Shown piece after piece: positions 1-12,379 of a stretch of DNA of 64,000 nt; position 1 is the first letter of the stretch, and each line of letters opens with the position of its first letter. The position numbers and the translations under genes are program-made. Origin of the DNA: Octopus vulgaris. Lineage: Eukaryota. The notes beneath the pieces are model-generated. The model saw nothing but the letters and a program-made list of their open reading frames with translations. It was not told the origin of the DNA and did no database searches. The stretch is taken from positions 34,224,001 to 34,288,000 of the forward strand of contig OX597832.1 of NCBI GenBank assembly GCA_951406725.2, written 5' to 3'.

Positions 1-37
<37 letters not shown>

Positions 38-69
38 TACTCACACGAACACATACGTAGACATATTAT

Positions 70-1420
70 AATGGGGGAGGCCGGTTTATGACGTTACCCT
101 ATGTTTCTCGCTCATAAAAAATTAGCCTTATGGCATATCTTCAGACCCCAAACACTGTCAAACTATGGAGGGGGAAATACCTCGCTATAAAGGTAAACAC
201 CAGGTGATTATCACCCTTTGCCATTGGCCATCGAGCTTCCGCTGCGCCGACACCTTTCGGTCACCGTCTTACGGTCATCAAAGGACAACGAAGATAAATG
301 ATGATCTCCCTTCGGCCTTGGGTATTGGCTTCCGGCTGTAGTGTCGCCTTGCAGATTCCAAAAGACCAACAGGTATCTTCTAAAATGCAAGCAAGGCCCG
401 AAAATCTTCATCCTTGAGTTCAGTATGCTCCCTTGCACGAGCGAGTCTTTTAGAATTCTCTTTCGTTCGGTAATGCATTACTTGCAACGTTTCGTCCCGT
501 TGATGTAGGGCCCTGGGTTCTCAAGTATTTTCCATGCAATCGAGTATGGTATCCCTTTGTCTCTTACTTGCCAGATATGGCTATCCAGCGCTGTCAGATA
601 TCTTCTTTCCGAGACACTGAAGGAGGATGAATGATTGGAAAGATGCTGTTTGAGAGAATTCCCAGTGTATCCCACATAGTTACGTAGGCGCGTGATGTCG
701 GTGCACCTGTTGATTTTGTAAGTGCTGCTGTTGCTGGCGGTGTTGGTGCTACTGTTGCTGCTGCCGTTGTCGCTGAAGGAGATGGGGCTGCTGCTGGTGT
801 TGGAGGTGATTCCGCTGCTGTTGTTGTTAGTGATGTTGCCATCAAATGTGGCGGTGTTGGCGATGGTGGCTGTGTTCTCATGCCTACGGCCGTTATTGCC
901 TCTGCCGGTATTAATGGTATATCCTTCTAGAACCTCGACTTCATAGACGACCGCTTTGGTTTTGCAGCGGCCTCCTACCGGGCTACTGCTTCGGCTCCTG
1001 CATGAACAACTTGCCTCTTCCTGTGTCTTAGGGGCACTAACTAGGATGCTTTTAATGTTGGGGGTTCAGATAAACGCGACCCTAACGTTGTGCCTGTTGA
1101 ATATGGGCTCGTACCTATAGGAGTTGATGAAATGCTTATCTATGAATTTATGGAATAGTTTAACTTCGGGTGTTATTGTGTTAAGGGAGTCGGTGTGGGG
1201 GGCAAGTCAGATTCTATTTCTGCGGTGATTCCTTCTGCGGCTGTTGGCTTCTGGCATGTTGAAGATGCGGTCCCTGAACCTGCTGGCAGCTAAGGCTTTA
1301 TTATAGTACGGGGCTGCTGCGTCGAAGGCTTCTTCGCAAGAGCAAAGGCCCCAAATCCTTTTAATGACGCCTTTTACCAAGTTCTTGATTACTATGTGTT
1401 GATGACAGGAAACTGTTGGT
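70..1420 (-). mobile_element. Penelope-like retroelement 3' part (RT thumb, Cys-rich linker, GIY-YIG endonuclease), decayed
   Basis: One minus-strand frame reads ...VIKNLVKGVIKRIWGLCSCEEAFDAAAPYYNKAL...IDKHF...IFNRHNVRVAFI*TPN...CSCRSRSSSPVGGRCKTKAVVY...YVGYTGNSLKQHLSNH...WKILE...KRCK*CITE...LNSR...CLH, with three in-frame stops. These are C-terminal-EN PLE motifs. Confidence 0.85.
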
Positions 1421-1444
1421 GACAGGAAGCTGTGGGTGGAGGGT

Positions 1445-2500
1445 GGCGCGTCACCAATTTATCCGCCAACAAAGACACTTTTGAAAAGTCGCCTCATGTT
1501 ATAACGCTGCATTAGAAAAGTCCAACTTCAAGAATAACATACACTATATTGAACCAAATATAAATGGACGAAGACGATGCAGACAGAGGAAAATCTTATG
1601 GTTCAGCCCACCTTATAGCATGAATACAGCTACTAACATAGCTAGGAAATTCCTAAACAATAAACTTAGCTATAGTTGCTTCCCCAATGTAGGGTCAATA
1701 ATACTAAACCACAATAAACATAGACATACCAGAAACACTCTCAAATGACAATGTAACTGTAAATACCCAAACGGCTGCTCTTTAAACAGCAACTGTCTCG
1801 AGGAAGAGCTCGTATATAAGATCACGGACCTCAACTAAATACCAAAGACGTATATCGGAATGACGGGCCACTCGCTCAAAGAAAGGTATACACATCTGAC
1901 ATCATTCAGAAACAAAAGCCAAAAAGCATGCAAGATCCCTCTCAAATATGATATGGATATTGAAATAAGTTGGAATAGGCAACCCCCAGATAGAGCTGAA
2001 AGTTATTGCTAAAACCCAAAAATACAGAGGACAGGGTACCAAATGTGAACCCTGTATTACTGAAAAATTAAACATTATACAATCATCAGATAATATCTGA
2101 CACACTAGGAAAGACTAGGAATGAAACTTTCTCTCACTGCATACACAAGCAACATTTTACGCTCAAATATTTCAAAGAAACACTATTCGCGAGGGTAATC
2201 CCACCAGGATAGATCCTTTCCTAAACGTGAACACACATAGCATACAAACTTCACATAAATAAGAAATATGCCCCAGGGACGAATTACCTCAGCACACAAG
2301 TAGAACACTACCATGCACAGAACATTAAAAAAAATCATGCAAACAAATTGATCACAAAAAACAATTTACTGAAAAGACAGATCTAAATATTGCTGGCTAC
2401 GAGGCAAAATTTGAAACAGTTATATATTTGACATTTCTTTATACTACCATAAATATTTGTACCCATGATAGACACTTACCAAAAAATAAACAATGTTCAC
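1445..2500 (+). mobile_element. Second, divergent Penelope-like element 3' part, decayed
   Basis: Plus strand reads RVTNLSANKDTFEK..YNAALEKSNF..RKILWFSPPYS..KLSYSCFPNVGSII..CNCKYPNGCSLNSNC..LVYKIT..TYIGMTGHSLKERY..KCEPCITEK..CIHK, with frameshifts and stops. Confidence 0.8.
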
Positions 2501-2504
2501 ACAA

Positions 2505-2550
2505 TATGTACATATATACATATGCATATATATACACACATATATATATT

Positions 2551-2588
<38 letters not shown>

Positions 2589-3200
2589 TAATGTATATAG
2601 ATAATGTATATATATAGATAATGTATATATATAGATAATGTATATATATAGATAATGTATATATATAGATAATGTATATATATTGATAATGTATATATAT
2701 ATATATTGATAATGTATATATATATATATAGATAATGTATATATATATATATATAGATAATGTATATATATATATATATATAATGTATATATGTATATAT
2801 ATATGTATATATATATATAATGTATATATATATGTATATATATATATATAATGTATATATATAATGTATATATATATATATAATGTATGTATATATATAA
2901 TGTATATATATATATATAATGTATATATATAATGTATATATATATATAATGTATGTATATATATATGTATATATATATATATAATGTATATATATAATAT
3001 ATATATATATATAATGTATGTATATATATAATGTATATATATATATATAATGTATGTATATATATAATGTATATATATATAAATATAATGTATGTATATA
3101 TATAATGTATATATATATAAATATAATGTATGTATATATATAATGTATATATATATAAATATAATGTATGTATATATATAATGTATATATATATATATAT
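2505..3200. repeat. Compound microsatellite [TAATG(TA)n]
   Basis: Repeated (ga)taatgtatatata units, seen directly. Confidence 0.95.
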
Positions 3201-6092
3201 AAGGTCCAATTCATTGAAGACTGGGTTGGTAACCATTCACACCACATCCCTTTCTTCATTCTCACTGAGACCCACCTTGACAACTCCCACTTGGAAGCCG
3301 AAGTGAGAGTGAAGAATTTCACAACCATCCGCGCGGATCGTATCGGCAGGAGGAAGGGTGGAACTGCCATTTTCCTGCATGATTCATTTACGGCAGATGG
3401 AAATAGTATATTCTCCAACGGCTACTGTGAATCAGTCACCGTGCACAACAAAGCCAATGACCTGACAGTAATTGGGCTCTATAGGCCGCCCCAAACACCC
3501 ATACTGTGCTTTAAAGAATGCCTCAACAGCATTAAGTGCTTTATTCAACAGTGCCATTCTAGCAACATACTCATGATGGGAGACTTCAATCTACCCTGTG
3601 TTGACTGGACTACAAACTGTTTGAAACCAAGCACTCCCGCCTCAACCGCTGACAAAGAAGCAGCAGAGTCACTTTTCGACTTTACGAATGAGTTTTTCTT
3701 GTCCCAACTTGTCCTTGCACCAACAAGACATCAGAACATTTTGGACCTAGTGTTTAGTAACCACACTAACACTATACATAACGTTACAGTGGAAAAAACC
3801 CTTCTTTCAGACCATGACATGGTTCTCTGTAACATGAAATTCCACCAGCCGAAAGCTAATCCTAGTGACCTTCCTCCAGCCCACCCATTTGACAACATGG
3901 ATCTCCATAAAGCCAACTGGGATGCAATCAGGAACGAGCTATCAAATGTTGACTGGTCCTTTACACATACACACATCTCCACCAACCATAAAACATCTTG
4001 GCAGATCTTTGTAGACACCGTCACAGACATATGTGCAAAACACTCCCCACCAAGACCTGTGAACAAAAAGTGCAGAATCCCCCAAAACAGAAAAACCATT
4101 ATCAGAAAAATAAAAAGAACAAACAAAAAAATTAACAAACTAAAGTACTGCCAACAGCAACACACACATTCGACGGCTATCGCACTGCTTGAATCCAAAA
4201 AATATAACCTCCAACAATGCATGAAGACCCTCATCAATAACCAAAGATCAGCTGAGGAGAAGTGGGCCATTGAAAAAATCAAACTCAACCCCAAAGTGTT
4301 CTTTTCATTTGCGAGGAAACGCAGGGTCACTGTCTCCACTGTAGGCCCTCTAATTGACGAAACTGGCACTCTCCAAGATAATGCCAAATCCATGGCCGAG
4401 ATACTGCAGAAACAATACTGCTCTGTTTTCAGCAATCCTGATATGGCCGATCTGGGCTGTATCAGTGATGTCAACCCCCAACACACTATATCGGACATAA
4501 CGTTTAGTGCCCCTGATGTCTTAGCGGCGATAAACGAAATAAAACACAATTCAGCAGTAGGCCCCGATAGGTTCCCTGCTTGTGTCCTGAAGGTGTGTCG
4601 ACACCAACTTGCATCTCCCCTTGCTAACCTGTGGAGAAACTCACTGGATGCTGGCTATATTCCAAAAAACCTTCTGTCCCAGTCTGTTGTCCCAGTTTTC
4701 AAAAAGGGAAACAAGTCCCTTGCAGTGAATTACCGTCCGATCTCACTCACCTCTCATATCATCAAGGTATTTGAGAGGGTGGTGAGATCTCGAATAACCC
4801 AATTTCTGGAAAGCAACAGACGGCTGATCTCCAACCAACATGGGTTCCGTAATGGAAGGGACTGCCTAACGCAGCTCCTGCATCACTTTGAGGACATTTT
4901 GAGAGCTTTGGGAGAGGGCTCCAACACCGATGTCATCTACCTTGATTTCAGTAAGGCCTTCGACAGGGTCGATCACAAGATCCTATTGAAAAAACTATCC
5001 AACATTGGTGTCTCTGGAAAGTTACTGAAATGGATTAAGTGTTTCCTGACAGACAGATCTCAACATGTTGTAGTTGAAGGGGTAAAATCAAGCCCAGCCA
5101 AAGTCAGTAGTGGCGTTCCGCAAGGCACTGTGCTGGGCCCACTTCTTTTCCTCATTTACATTAATGACATTAATGACATCATCAAGCACAGCAACATAAA
5201 AATCTTTGCAGATGACTCCAAGCTACAGAAGGTCATAAATGAGGCGAGTGACCGGACATGCCTTCAGTCAGATCTACTGGCTGTTATCCAATGGGCAGAA
5301 AAAAACAATATGCTGCTGAACGAGGATAAATTTGAGCTAATCCACTTTGGAAAAGAGGATGCCCTGAAACTCCCATACTCCCTTCCTTCAGGTGAAACTC
5401 TCGCGGCATCCAACAACATCAGAGACTTGGGAGTAATTGTGGACAACAACGTAAGCTGGGCCACTCATATAAACACCAAAGTTGACATGGCCCGCAGAAT
5501 GTGTTCCTGGATTCTCAGAACTTTCCAGTCGAGAGATATCCACACCATTATCCTTCTCTTCTCCACTTTTGCCCGACCCCACCTTGAATACTGTTGTCCA
5601 CTGTGGTCTCCCCACACAATACAAGGTATCATAAGAGTTGAAGCACCTCAAAGGGCAATCACAAAAAAGATAGATGGCATGACAGGCCTCGACTATTGGG
5701 GTCGGCTAGAAAAGCTAAAACTCTATTCTCTCCAACGTCGTCGTGAGCGCTACATCATCTGCATGATGTGGAAAATATTCCATCAGCATTGCCCAAATGA
5801 TGTTGGCATCACCTTTAAGGTACATCCAAGGCTTGGGCCCCGTGCCATCCGCCCAAAACAAAAATCGCACTCTCATCTCATAACAACAATACAGCACAAT
5901 TATTTCACCTCAATTGGCCCCGCTCTCTTTAACATTACACCAAAACACATTAAAACAGAAACTGACCCTATAGGGTTCAAGAAATCTTTGGACAGATTCC
6001 TTCAAGAAATCCCGGATAAACCCCCTACACCTGGATATGTCTCTGTAAACAATAACTCTCTACTTGAGTGGGCCATAGTGCCCAAATTCTGA
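3201..6092 (+). CDS. LINE ORF2: APE-type endonuclease plus reverse transcriptase, lacking the extreme N-terminus
   Basis: EN motifs LTETHL, LYRPP, MGDFNLP, LDLVF, SDH; RT motifs YRPISLTS, QHGFR, LDFSKAFDRVDH, GVPQGTVLGPLLF, FADD; C-terminal LYSLQRRRERY. 963 codons without a stop. The first 11 aa of the called ORF (3168-3200) are microsatellite. Confidence 0.93.
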   Translation, partial: KVQFIEDWVGNHSHHIPFFILTETHLDNSHLEAEVRVKNFTTIRADRIGRRKGGTAIFLHDSFTADGNSIFSNGYCESVTVHNKANDLTVIGLYRPPQTPILCFKECLNSIKCFIQQCHSSNILMMGDFNLPCVDWTTNCLKPSTPASTADKEAAESLFDFTNEFFLSQLVLAPTRHQNILDLVFSNHTNTIHNVTVEKTLLSDHDMVLCNMKFHQPKANPSDLPPAHPFDNMDLHKANWDAIRNELSNVDWSFTHTHISTNHKTSWQIFVDTVTDICAKHSPPRPVNKKCRIPQNRKTIIRKIKRTNKKINKLKYCQQQHTHSTAIALLESKKYNLQQCMKTLINNQRSAEEKWAIEKIKLNPKVFFSFARKRRVTVSTVGPLIDETGTLQDNAKSMAEILQKQYCSVFSNPDMADLGCISDVNPQHTISDITFSAPDVLAAINEIKHNSAVGPDRFPACVLKVCRHQLASPLANLWRNSLDAGYIPKNLLSQSVVPVFKKGNKSLAVNYRPISLTSHIIKVFERVVRSRITQFLESNRRLISNQHGFRNGRDCLTQLLHHFEDILRALGEGSNTDVIYLDFSKAFDRVDHKILLKKLSNIGVSGKLLKWIKCFLTDRSQHVVVEGVKSSPAKVSSGVPQGTVLGPLLFLIYINDINDIIKHSNIKIFADDSKLQKVINEASDRTCLQSDLLAVIQWAEKNNMLLNEDKFELIHFGKEDALKLPYSLPSGETLAASNNIRDLGVIVDNNVSWATHINTKVDMARRMCSWILRTFQSRDIHTIILLFSTFARPHLEYCCPLWSPHTIQGIIRVEAPQRAITKKIDGMTGLDYWGRLEKLKLYSLQRRRERYIICMMWKIFHQHCPNDVGITFKVHPRLGPRAIRPKQKSHSHLITTIQHNYFTSIGPALFNITPKHIKTETDPIGFKKSLDRFLQEIPDKPPTPGYVSVNNNSLLEWAIVPKF

Positions 6093-6177
6093 CTTGAAAG
6101 ACTTCACCAGGTGGTGCTATTAAGTTAGACATGGCCTGGGCCAATAATGGCCGAAACCTATCAAAGTATCAAAGTAA
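3201..6177 (+). mobile_element. CR1-group non-LTR retrotransposon (LINE), 5'-truncated, probably young
   Basis: Uninterrupted EN+RT frame, a short 3'UTR with stem-loop ggcca-ataa-tggcc-gaaac, and a repeated tatcaaag tail. The same microsatellite flanks both sides. Confidence 0.92.
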
Positions 6178-6700
6178 GTATAATGTATATATATATATAT
6201 AATGTATATATATATATAATGTATATATATATATATAATGTATATATATATATATATAATGTATGTATGTATATATATAATGTATATATATATATAATGT
6301 ATATATATATATATAATGTATATATATATATATAATGTATATATATATAATGTATATATATATATATAATGTATATATATATATATAATGTATATATATA
6401 TATATAATGTATATATATATATATAATGTATATATATATATATATATATATATATGTTATATATATATAATGTGTATATATATATAATGTGTATATATAT
6501 ATATAATTGTATATAATATATATAATGTGTATATATATATATAATGTGTATATATATATATAATGTGTATATATATATATAATGTATATATATATATATA
6601 ATGATATATATATATATATAATGTATATATATATATATAATGTATATATATAAATATATAATGTATATATATATATATATAATGTATATATATATATATA

Positions 6701-6742
<42 letters not shown>

Positions 6743-6790
6743 AAAGACGTAGACAGGCAGACATACAGACAGACAGATAGATACATACAT
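6178..6790. repeat. Compound microsatellite [TAATG(TA)n]
   Basis: Same unit as 2505-3200. Confidence 0.95.
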
Positions 6791-7100
6791 ACATGCATAA
6801 CATGAAGCATAGGCTGAATATGACAGCTGATCTACAGCGATATTATCGGCACCTCGCTTTTATATCAATATATCTGTGTTTTTATATGGCATATTAAAAC
6901 ACCTGAAATATGTTCACCTGGAGTTCAATTAAATAAGTTTACACCTTTGATAATTCTAAATATTACTTATCGATATATCGATCTTTATAACGAATTACGT
7001 GTAAGAAGAAAAACTACTTACCTAATATATACTACTCACTGGAATATATCGAATTTTATATGTAACCTGTGTATTGAATGCGTTCGTACATTTATATATT

Positions 7101-7148
<48 letters not shown>

Positions 7149-8000
7149 TAACGGGCTATATATTTCTCAAACACGGCAAGTATATCTGTTGATGCAAAGT
7201 ATATGCTTGCCTCGGTTGTGTGTGTGTGTATGTGTGTGTGTAGTATATGTGTGTGAATATATATATAATGCATGCATACGCAGACAGTAGGTGGGAGCCA
7301 GATATGCTCACAGTAGAAAACATGTAGTTGTACTCAAATGAATTTGAACTTAAACTCCGAATTGTTCAGCCAGGACTAGGTCTACGGCGTCATATATGGC
7401 TTGCTCACCTTTTCCTGTCTCTGTATATTCAGCTCCCAATTGATTTATCGCCGGAAATAGTGACTTACCCTGCACCAGTGGCGTTTCCTTTCACCACGTT
7501 CACCTTAATGTTACCTCCTCCCCTTCCTCCTTCATCCACTCCAATGTCATACAAACCTTTCTCCCTCTCTCTGTATTTCATTTCTTCTCTGCCTCTGTTC
7601 TTCCTTCCTACGTCGTTTATATTCTCCCCCTCTCCCTGCCTTCTGTCCTTATTTTTCTCCCTTCTCCTTTCAGCCTTTAAATCTTTGGCACTACAATAAG
7701 AACAGCTTTTGCCAACTTTCTCTAGATGAAGGAAGCCGGAGTGATGATAATATCTACGTGTGGCTGTTCGCTGGTTGCATACCGATGCCTTTTTGCACAA
7801 CCCATCTGCAAAATTATAAACATTACAATTATGACGATTATTCCGAGCATCCTCAAACAGTTTGCGAGTTCAGTTCTTGTGTATTCTCTTCTTAGCTCTA
7901 TGTAGATATATATTTCAATGTAAATACATATGTATGTATACAAACACACACACACATTCATCATCAAAGCCAACACATCCAACATATATCTGCACAAAGA

Positions 8001-8051
<51 letters not shown>

Positions 8052-8055
<4 letters not shown>

Positions 8056-8290
8056 AAGCGTTTACGAAAAAAACAGAAGACGTGGTGTACAAAACAAACA
8101 GATGTATTAGTATAACGCTCAGGTATAGAAAAAGTCTTTTACGTTTCGAGCCTACGCTCTTCTACAGAAAGGGGCACAGAGAAAACAAGGAGAGAAAAAA
8201 ATGTGTGTAGTGGCTAACGATCTATCATGGCGTCTGACTCGGACAGAAGGGTCACACACGAGAAGGAAAGTAGGGGAGATAACAAAGAAG
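8052..8290 (-). mobile_element. Short PLE-terminus-like repeat carrying a hammerhead-like motif
   Basis: Reverse-complement homolog of 43905-44097; abuts (TA)n. Confidence 0.6.
8136..8171 (-). ncRNA. Minimal type I hammerhead-like motif, A6U core variant
   Basis: cttt-CUGUAGA-a-GAGC gtag GCTC-GAAA-CG-UA-aaag; stems I and II pair and stem III is the palindrome ACGT. Confidence 0.55.
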
Positions 8291-8512
8291 CCAATATAAA
8301 TATGCAAACATATTTAGAATGGCTTATATATACCGTCTGTATTTAGATACATGTTGGCTTTGATGAGGAGTATTATCGACATCGAAATGTGTCTTTAATT
8401 TATACTTTAATCGCTCAATGATTTGAACCCTACTCGGTTGTTTCTTGAAAAGAGCTTACCTCTTTGATTTATCATTATCTGTGTGTCTGTCTCTGTGTGT
8501 GTATGTGTGAGT

Positions 8513-8547
<35 letters not shown>

Positions 8548-9511
8548 TGGAGTACATTATACGCGCAGATGCGTCTCGTTAGGTGACTTTTCGGGAAGTG
8601 TCTTGTCTTTTACTCGCCCTTTTTGTTATTTCTATAAGAATATATTTTGATTATTGTGGTATAAAGAACTGAGATACAATGAAAGAACCATTCCCATATA
8701 AGCAATGCTCAGCACATTTGGTAAGAGTTTCAATTATTATTATTATTTAGTATCACTCGGCTTCATACAACTTAACCGACGCACTGAAGTCGCGAATTAA
8801 CCATGCCATACCCCTCAGGCAGAGAGTTGGCAGCCACTCACTAATATTGCAGCTTAGCATGTGGTCCTAGGTATTAGAATTTGAAATGAGCTCGCTTCCA
8901 ATAACACTATGTTACCTGAATAATAATGCTGTGTTACCTGCGTTGACTAATAACGACCGAACGGCTACAAGCCATCTTGGTCTTGCCTCGTGTGTCTCTC
9001 CAAAGCTGCCGAAATGGATTAGTTTGATGAAAGTACGAAACTTTAAGCTGCGTGTTTTGACCAGCTAAGACATCGTCGGACTGTTGGAAGCCCAACTACG
9101 CCTTACATGGCCTAACCTTCGAAGTCACTGTCAACAACATTCTTGTATAAGAATAATAAATTTGTACTCTACACAAATATAGATTTACGTAAAATTGTTT
9201 TTACTATAACTGAACATGAAAACAAAAATTAATATAGACAGACAGACAGACAGATAGACAGATGTTTATATCCTCTGACTTCTCTCTCTGTTTTATTATT
9301 TCGTTGCTATATTTATATATTTATATATTCGTTTTCGCTTACTTGATCTTGTTATTTCTATACTTTTCTTTCTTTTCTTTCTTTCTTTTTTCTCTTTTAC
9401 ACTTTTGTCTTTTCTGTCTGACAGTTTCTCTCTCTCTCTCTCTCTCTTCTTTCTGTCTTTTATGTTTCTTCTCTACCCTATTTATTCTCTATTTTGTGTT
9501 TTCTATCCCCT

Positions 9512-9542
<31 letters not shown>

Positions 9543-9927
9543 GCCTCCCTCCCTCCCTTTCCCTTATTTCTCAGCTCCTTTGCACCTTTCTCTGCCAATT
9601 GCTTTCCGCCTACTTCTCCTTCAAAATATTTATCTTTGCCTGGCCATTGACCCAACTCGAAACATTAGTTTTCGGTAACTTAATGCAATAAAGTGTCTGC
9701 TGATGATCCGTTGTGGTTAAACATCCATTTGAGTTTGGAACAAATAATGCAAAGATTCCAGAAAACCACAAGGCTGAAACAGAGAAACAAAGAAGAGGAA
9801 TTTCTCATTATTGCAATTTCTCCGACATTTTCTCCGTATTAGCTAGTAATCCTACTAAGTACGGCAAATTTTCACCATTATACTGGAAGGAGACTCAATC
9901 ATGATAATGTACGTGAAGCTCAACACT

Positions 9928-9960
<33 letters not shown>

Positions 9961-10085
9961 GTGTAGTAGTAGTAGGTGTAGTAGTAGTAGTTGTAGTACA
10001 TCTATTTGTACAATAACACATACAATACACACACACACATTCATGTGCACATATTTATAAATACGCACATTTACATACATATGAA

Positions 10086-10135
<50 letters not shown>

Positions 10136-10240
10136 GGAGTAAATACATAAATACGAACGGGAACGTGAAACTCTGAGTAACAGTTTTTGTGATATTTCTG
10201 CTGCTTTTCAATAAATCATATATATATATATATATATATA

Positions 10241-10288
<48 letters not shown>

Positions 10289-10297
10289 CATATATAC

Positions 10298-10333
<36 letters not shown>

Positions 10334-10651
10334 GCATCCACATACATTGGCATATATATTTCGATTAGTGTGTTTACAACTGAAGGAAATATGCTCCGTA
10401 CCTAGAGTAGAATGTGCATAATTTATTGGAAACTGAAGTTGGTTATGTTTTGTTGCAATTTTGTAGCAACATTTAACATCGCGAATAAAACAGAGATAAA
10501 ACAGAGAATGAAACAAAAATACACAGCGACTGTTCTAACAATGGAATACATTAAACCATAGAACAAACGTAAATAGAGCACAACAACTCCACTAGATCCC
10601 GTACCTATTGTAATATACCTACAACACATAAGACGTTTTATGTTTATCAAA

Positions 10652-10837
10652 GAAGGTAGTGAGTCGGCCAAATTGAGAGCCATTCAAACAAAATGCTTAA
10701 TGCCATTTCTTCCGGATCTTAACGTTTTGCGTCAAAATTCCACCCTAAGTCAACTTTGTCGATAAAATACATACCGTTTGTAATCGACTGACCCCTTTTC
10801 TATGACTGTTGGTCTTGTGCCAAAATTAGAAAGCATT
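10652..10837 (+). mobile_element. SINE family A, degenerate copy
   Basis: Similar to 59432-59633 and 44351-44510 (aaatgctta..gtcaactttg..gtcgataaaat..aatcgact..cttgtgccaaaattagaa). Confidence 0.6.
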
Positions 10838-11534
10838 GTTTATCAAATACATTCCTAAATATAAAATAGATGAATGTATTAAAACCCTATAAAACTGAGC
10901 ACAAAATGCATCATACCAAAACATAAATTAGCATTAATTATACACGACAAAAATATTCTATATTTAAAGTTTTTTTATCAATAGTAAACACCAATGGTCA
11001 ACAGGCGTTAAAAGTTTGGTTGTAAATGTGAAAGTTGTAAACTTCACGACTCCTACAGTTACATAAGTCTCAAAATCAAAACACTCTTTCGCCGGCTCAC
11101 ATGAAGCAACGATTGCAGTGTACCACAACACATAACGTGCACACAAAAAAAGGCTGATACCAAAACATAAGTAGATATTATGACTATAACGTAAAGAATT
11201 CTGAAAATTTAAATCTATAATTTTTGATTAGTCGAAAATTGACAAATGATAAAGGAAGCAACATTCATAGCAGAAAACAGAATATTGCCTACGCCTAAAA
11301 ATGAACGATTAATGACAGCAAACTCAAGATATCGCTCGAACGACTAATAGCAGTGGCGACTGATTTTGTCTTAGCAAGTAGACGAATACCGCAGTTAATT
11401 GGTCTTTTCGAAAAGCATTTGCATTAAGTATGATACACAGATAGCTATTCTAATCTAATTCTGCTTCTGTTCCATACGCACACATACGCACCCACATTTA
11501 TGTGTGTATATACATATATACACATACACATAAT

Positions 11535-11822
11535 GGACTCTCCCGTCGAAGACGACGTATGAGCTCTCCTCTTTTGTGGAATGAACTGCACAAATGATTT
11601 GTTTATAGTGATCAAATGTTCGTGCCACGCATTAACTCACTTTCTCCATCAAATAAACGTTGTCTGAACGGGTGCACCGTGTGCCACGCGTCAGCTGTCA
11701 AAGTGATCGCAGAGAAACGTGAGATGAAGTGTTTTGCTCAAGAACACGGCGCACCACTCGGTCTAGGAACTGAAACCACGACCTCTTGATCGCGAGTGCA
11801 ACGCCCTAACCACTAGGCCATA
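11535..11822 (-). mobile_element. tRNA-derived SINE (family C)
   Basis: Minus-strand head TGGCCTAGTGGTTAGGGCG (A box) ... GGTTTCAGTTCC (B-box-like), followed by a non-tRNA body. Confidence 0.7.
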
Positions 11823-11826
11823 TATA

Positions 11827-12050
11827 TTCTTTTATTCTTTTCCTCGTTTCAGTCACTAAATTGCGCCTCTGCTGGGGCACCACCTTGAATTTTTGTTGGT
11901 GGAACGAATCGACCCCAGTACTACTTTTTCGAGAGTGGTACTTATTCTATCGTTTCCTTTTACCAAACCGTTAAGTTACGAGGTTGTAAACACATCAGAA
12001 CCGGTGGTCAAGCAGAGTTTATACACAAACATACACACGTGTGTGTGTGT

Positions 12051-12081
<31 letters not shown>

Positions 12082-12305
12082 TATATATACATGTATATCT
12101 ATCTATCTATATATATATATATATACACACACACTTAGATATATATACATATATATACATTTATTTATTTATACACACAAACACATAAACCCGCATATAC
12201 ATTCGACAGACTCCTTCAGTTTCCATCTACACACACAATGTTTTGGTCACTCCGAGGCTATAGTAGAAAGCACACGGCCAAAGTGCCACTCAGTGGAATT
12301 GAGCA
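11827..12305 (-). mobile_element. SINE family B with internal microsatellite
   Basis: Reverse-complement homolog of 43125-43490. Confidence 0.75.
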
Positions 12306-12379
12306 AAGATTGAATGTAAGGAAAGAAGTAGTTAATAAGAAGCAACCAGATCTAAAAAAAAATCTAATACATTAATGAG

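Noticed and set aside
1066-1068. In-frame TGA at a conserved Cys position of the PLE (possible selenocysteine, as in some Naiad PLEs)
   Set aside because: The same frame has a TGA at a Trp position and a TAA, the endonuclease is C-terminal (Naiads are N-terminal), and no SECIS is evident. Simple decay explains it.
8639-8726. Exon-like segment (pyrimidine tract, AG ... G|GTAAG)
   Set aside because: All three frames have stops from the acceptor, only a 14-codon ATG frame remains, and no partner exons were identified.
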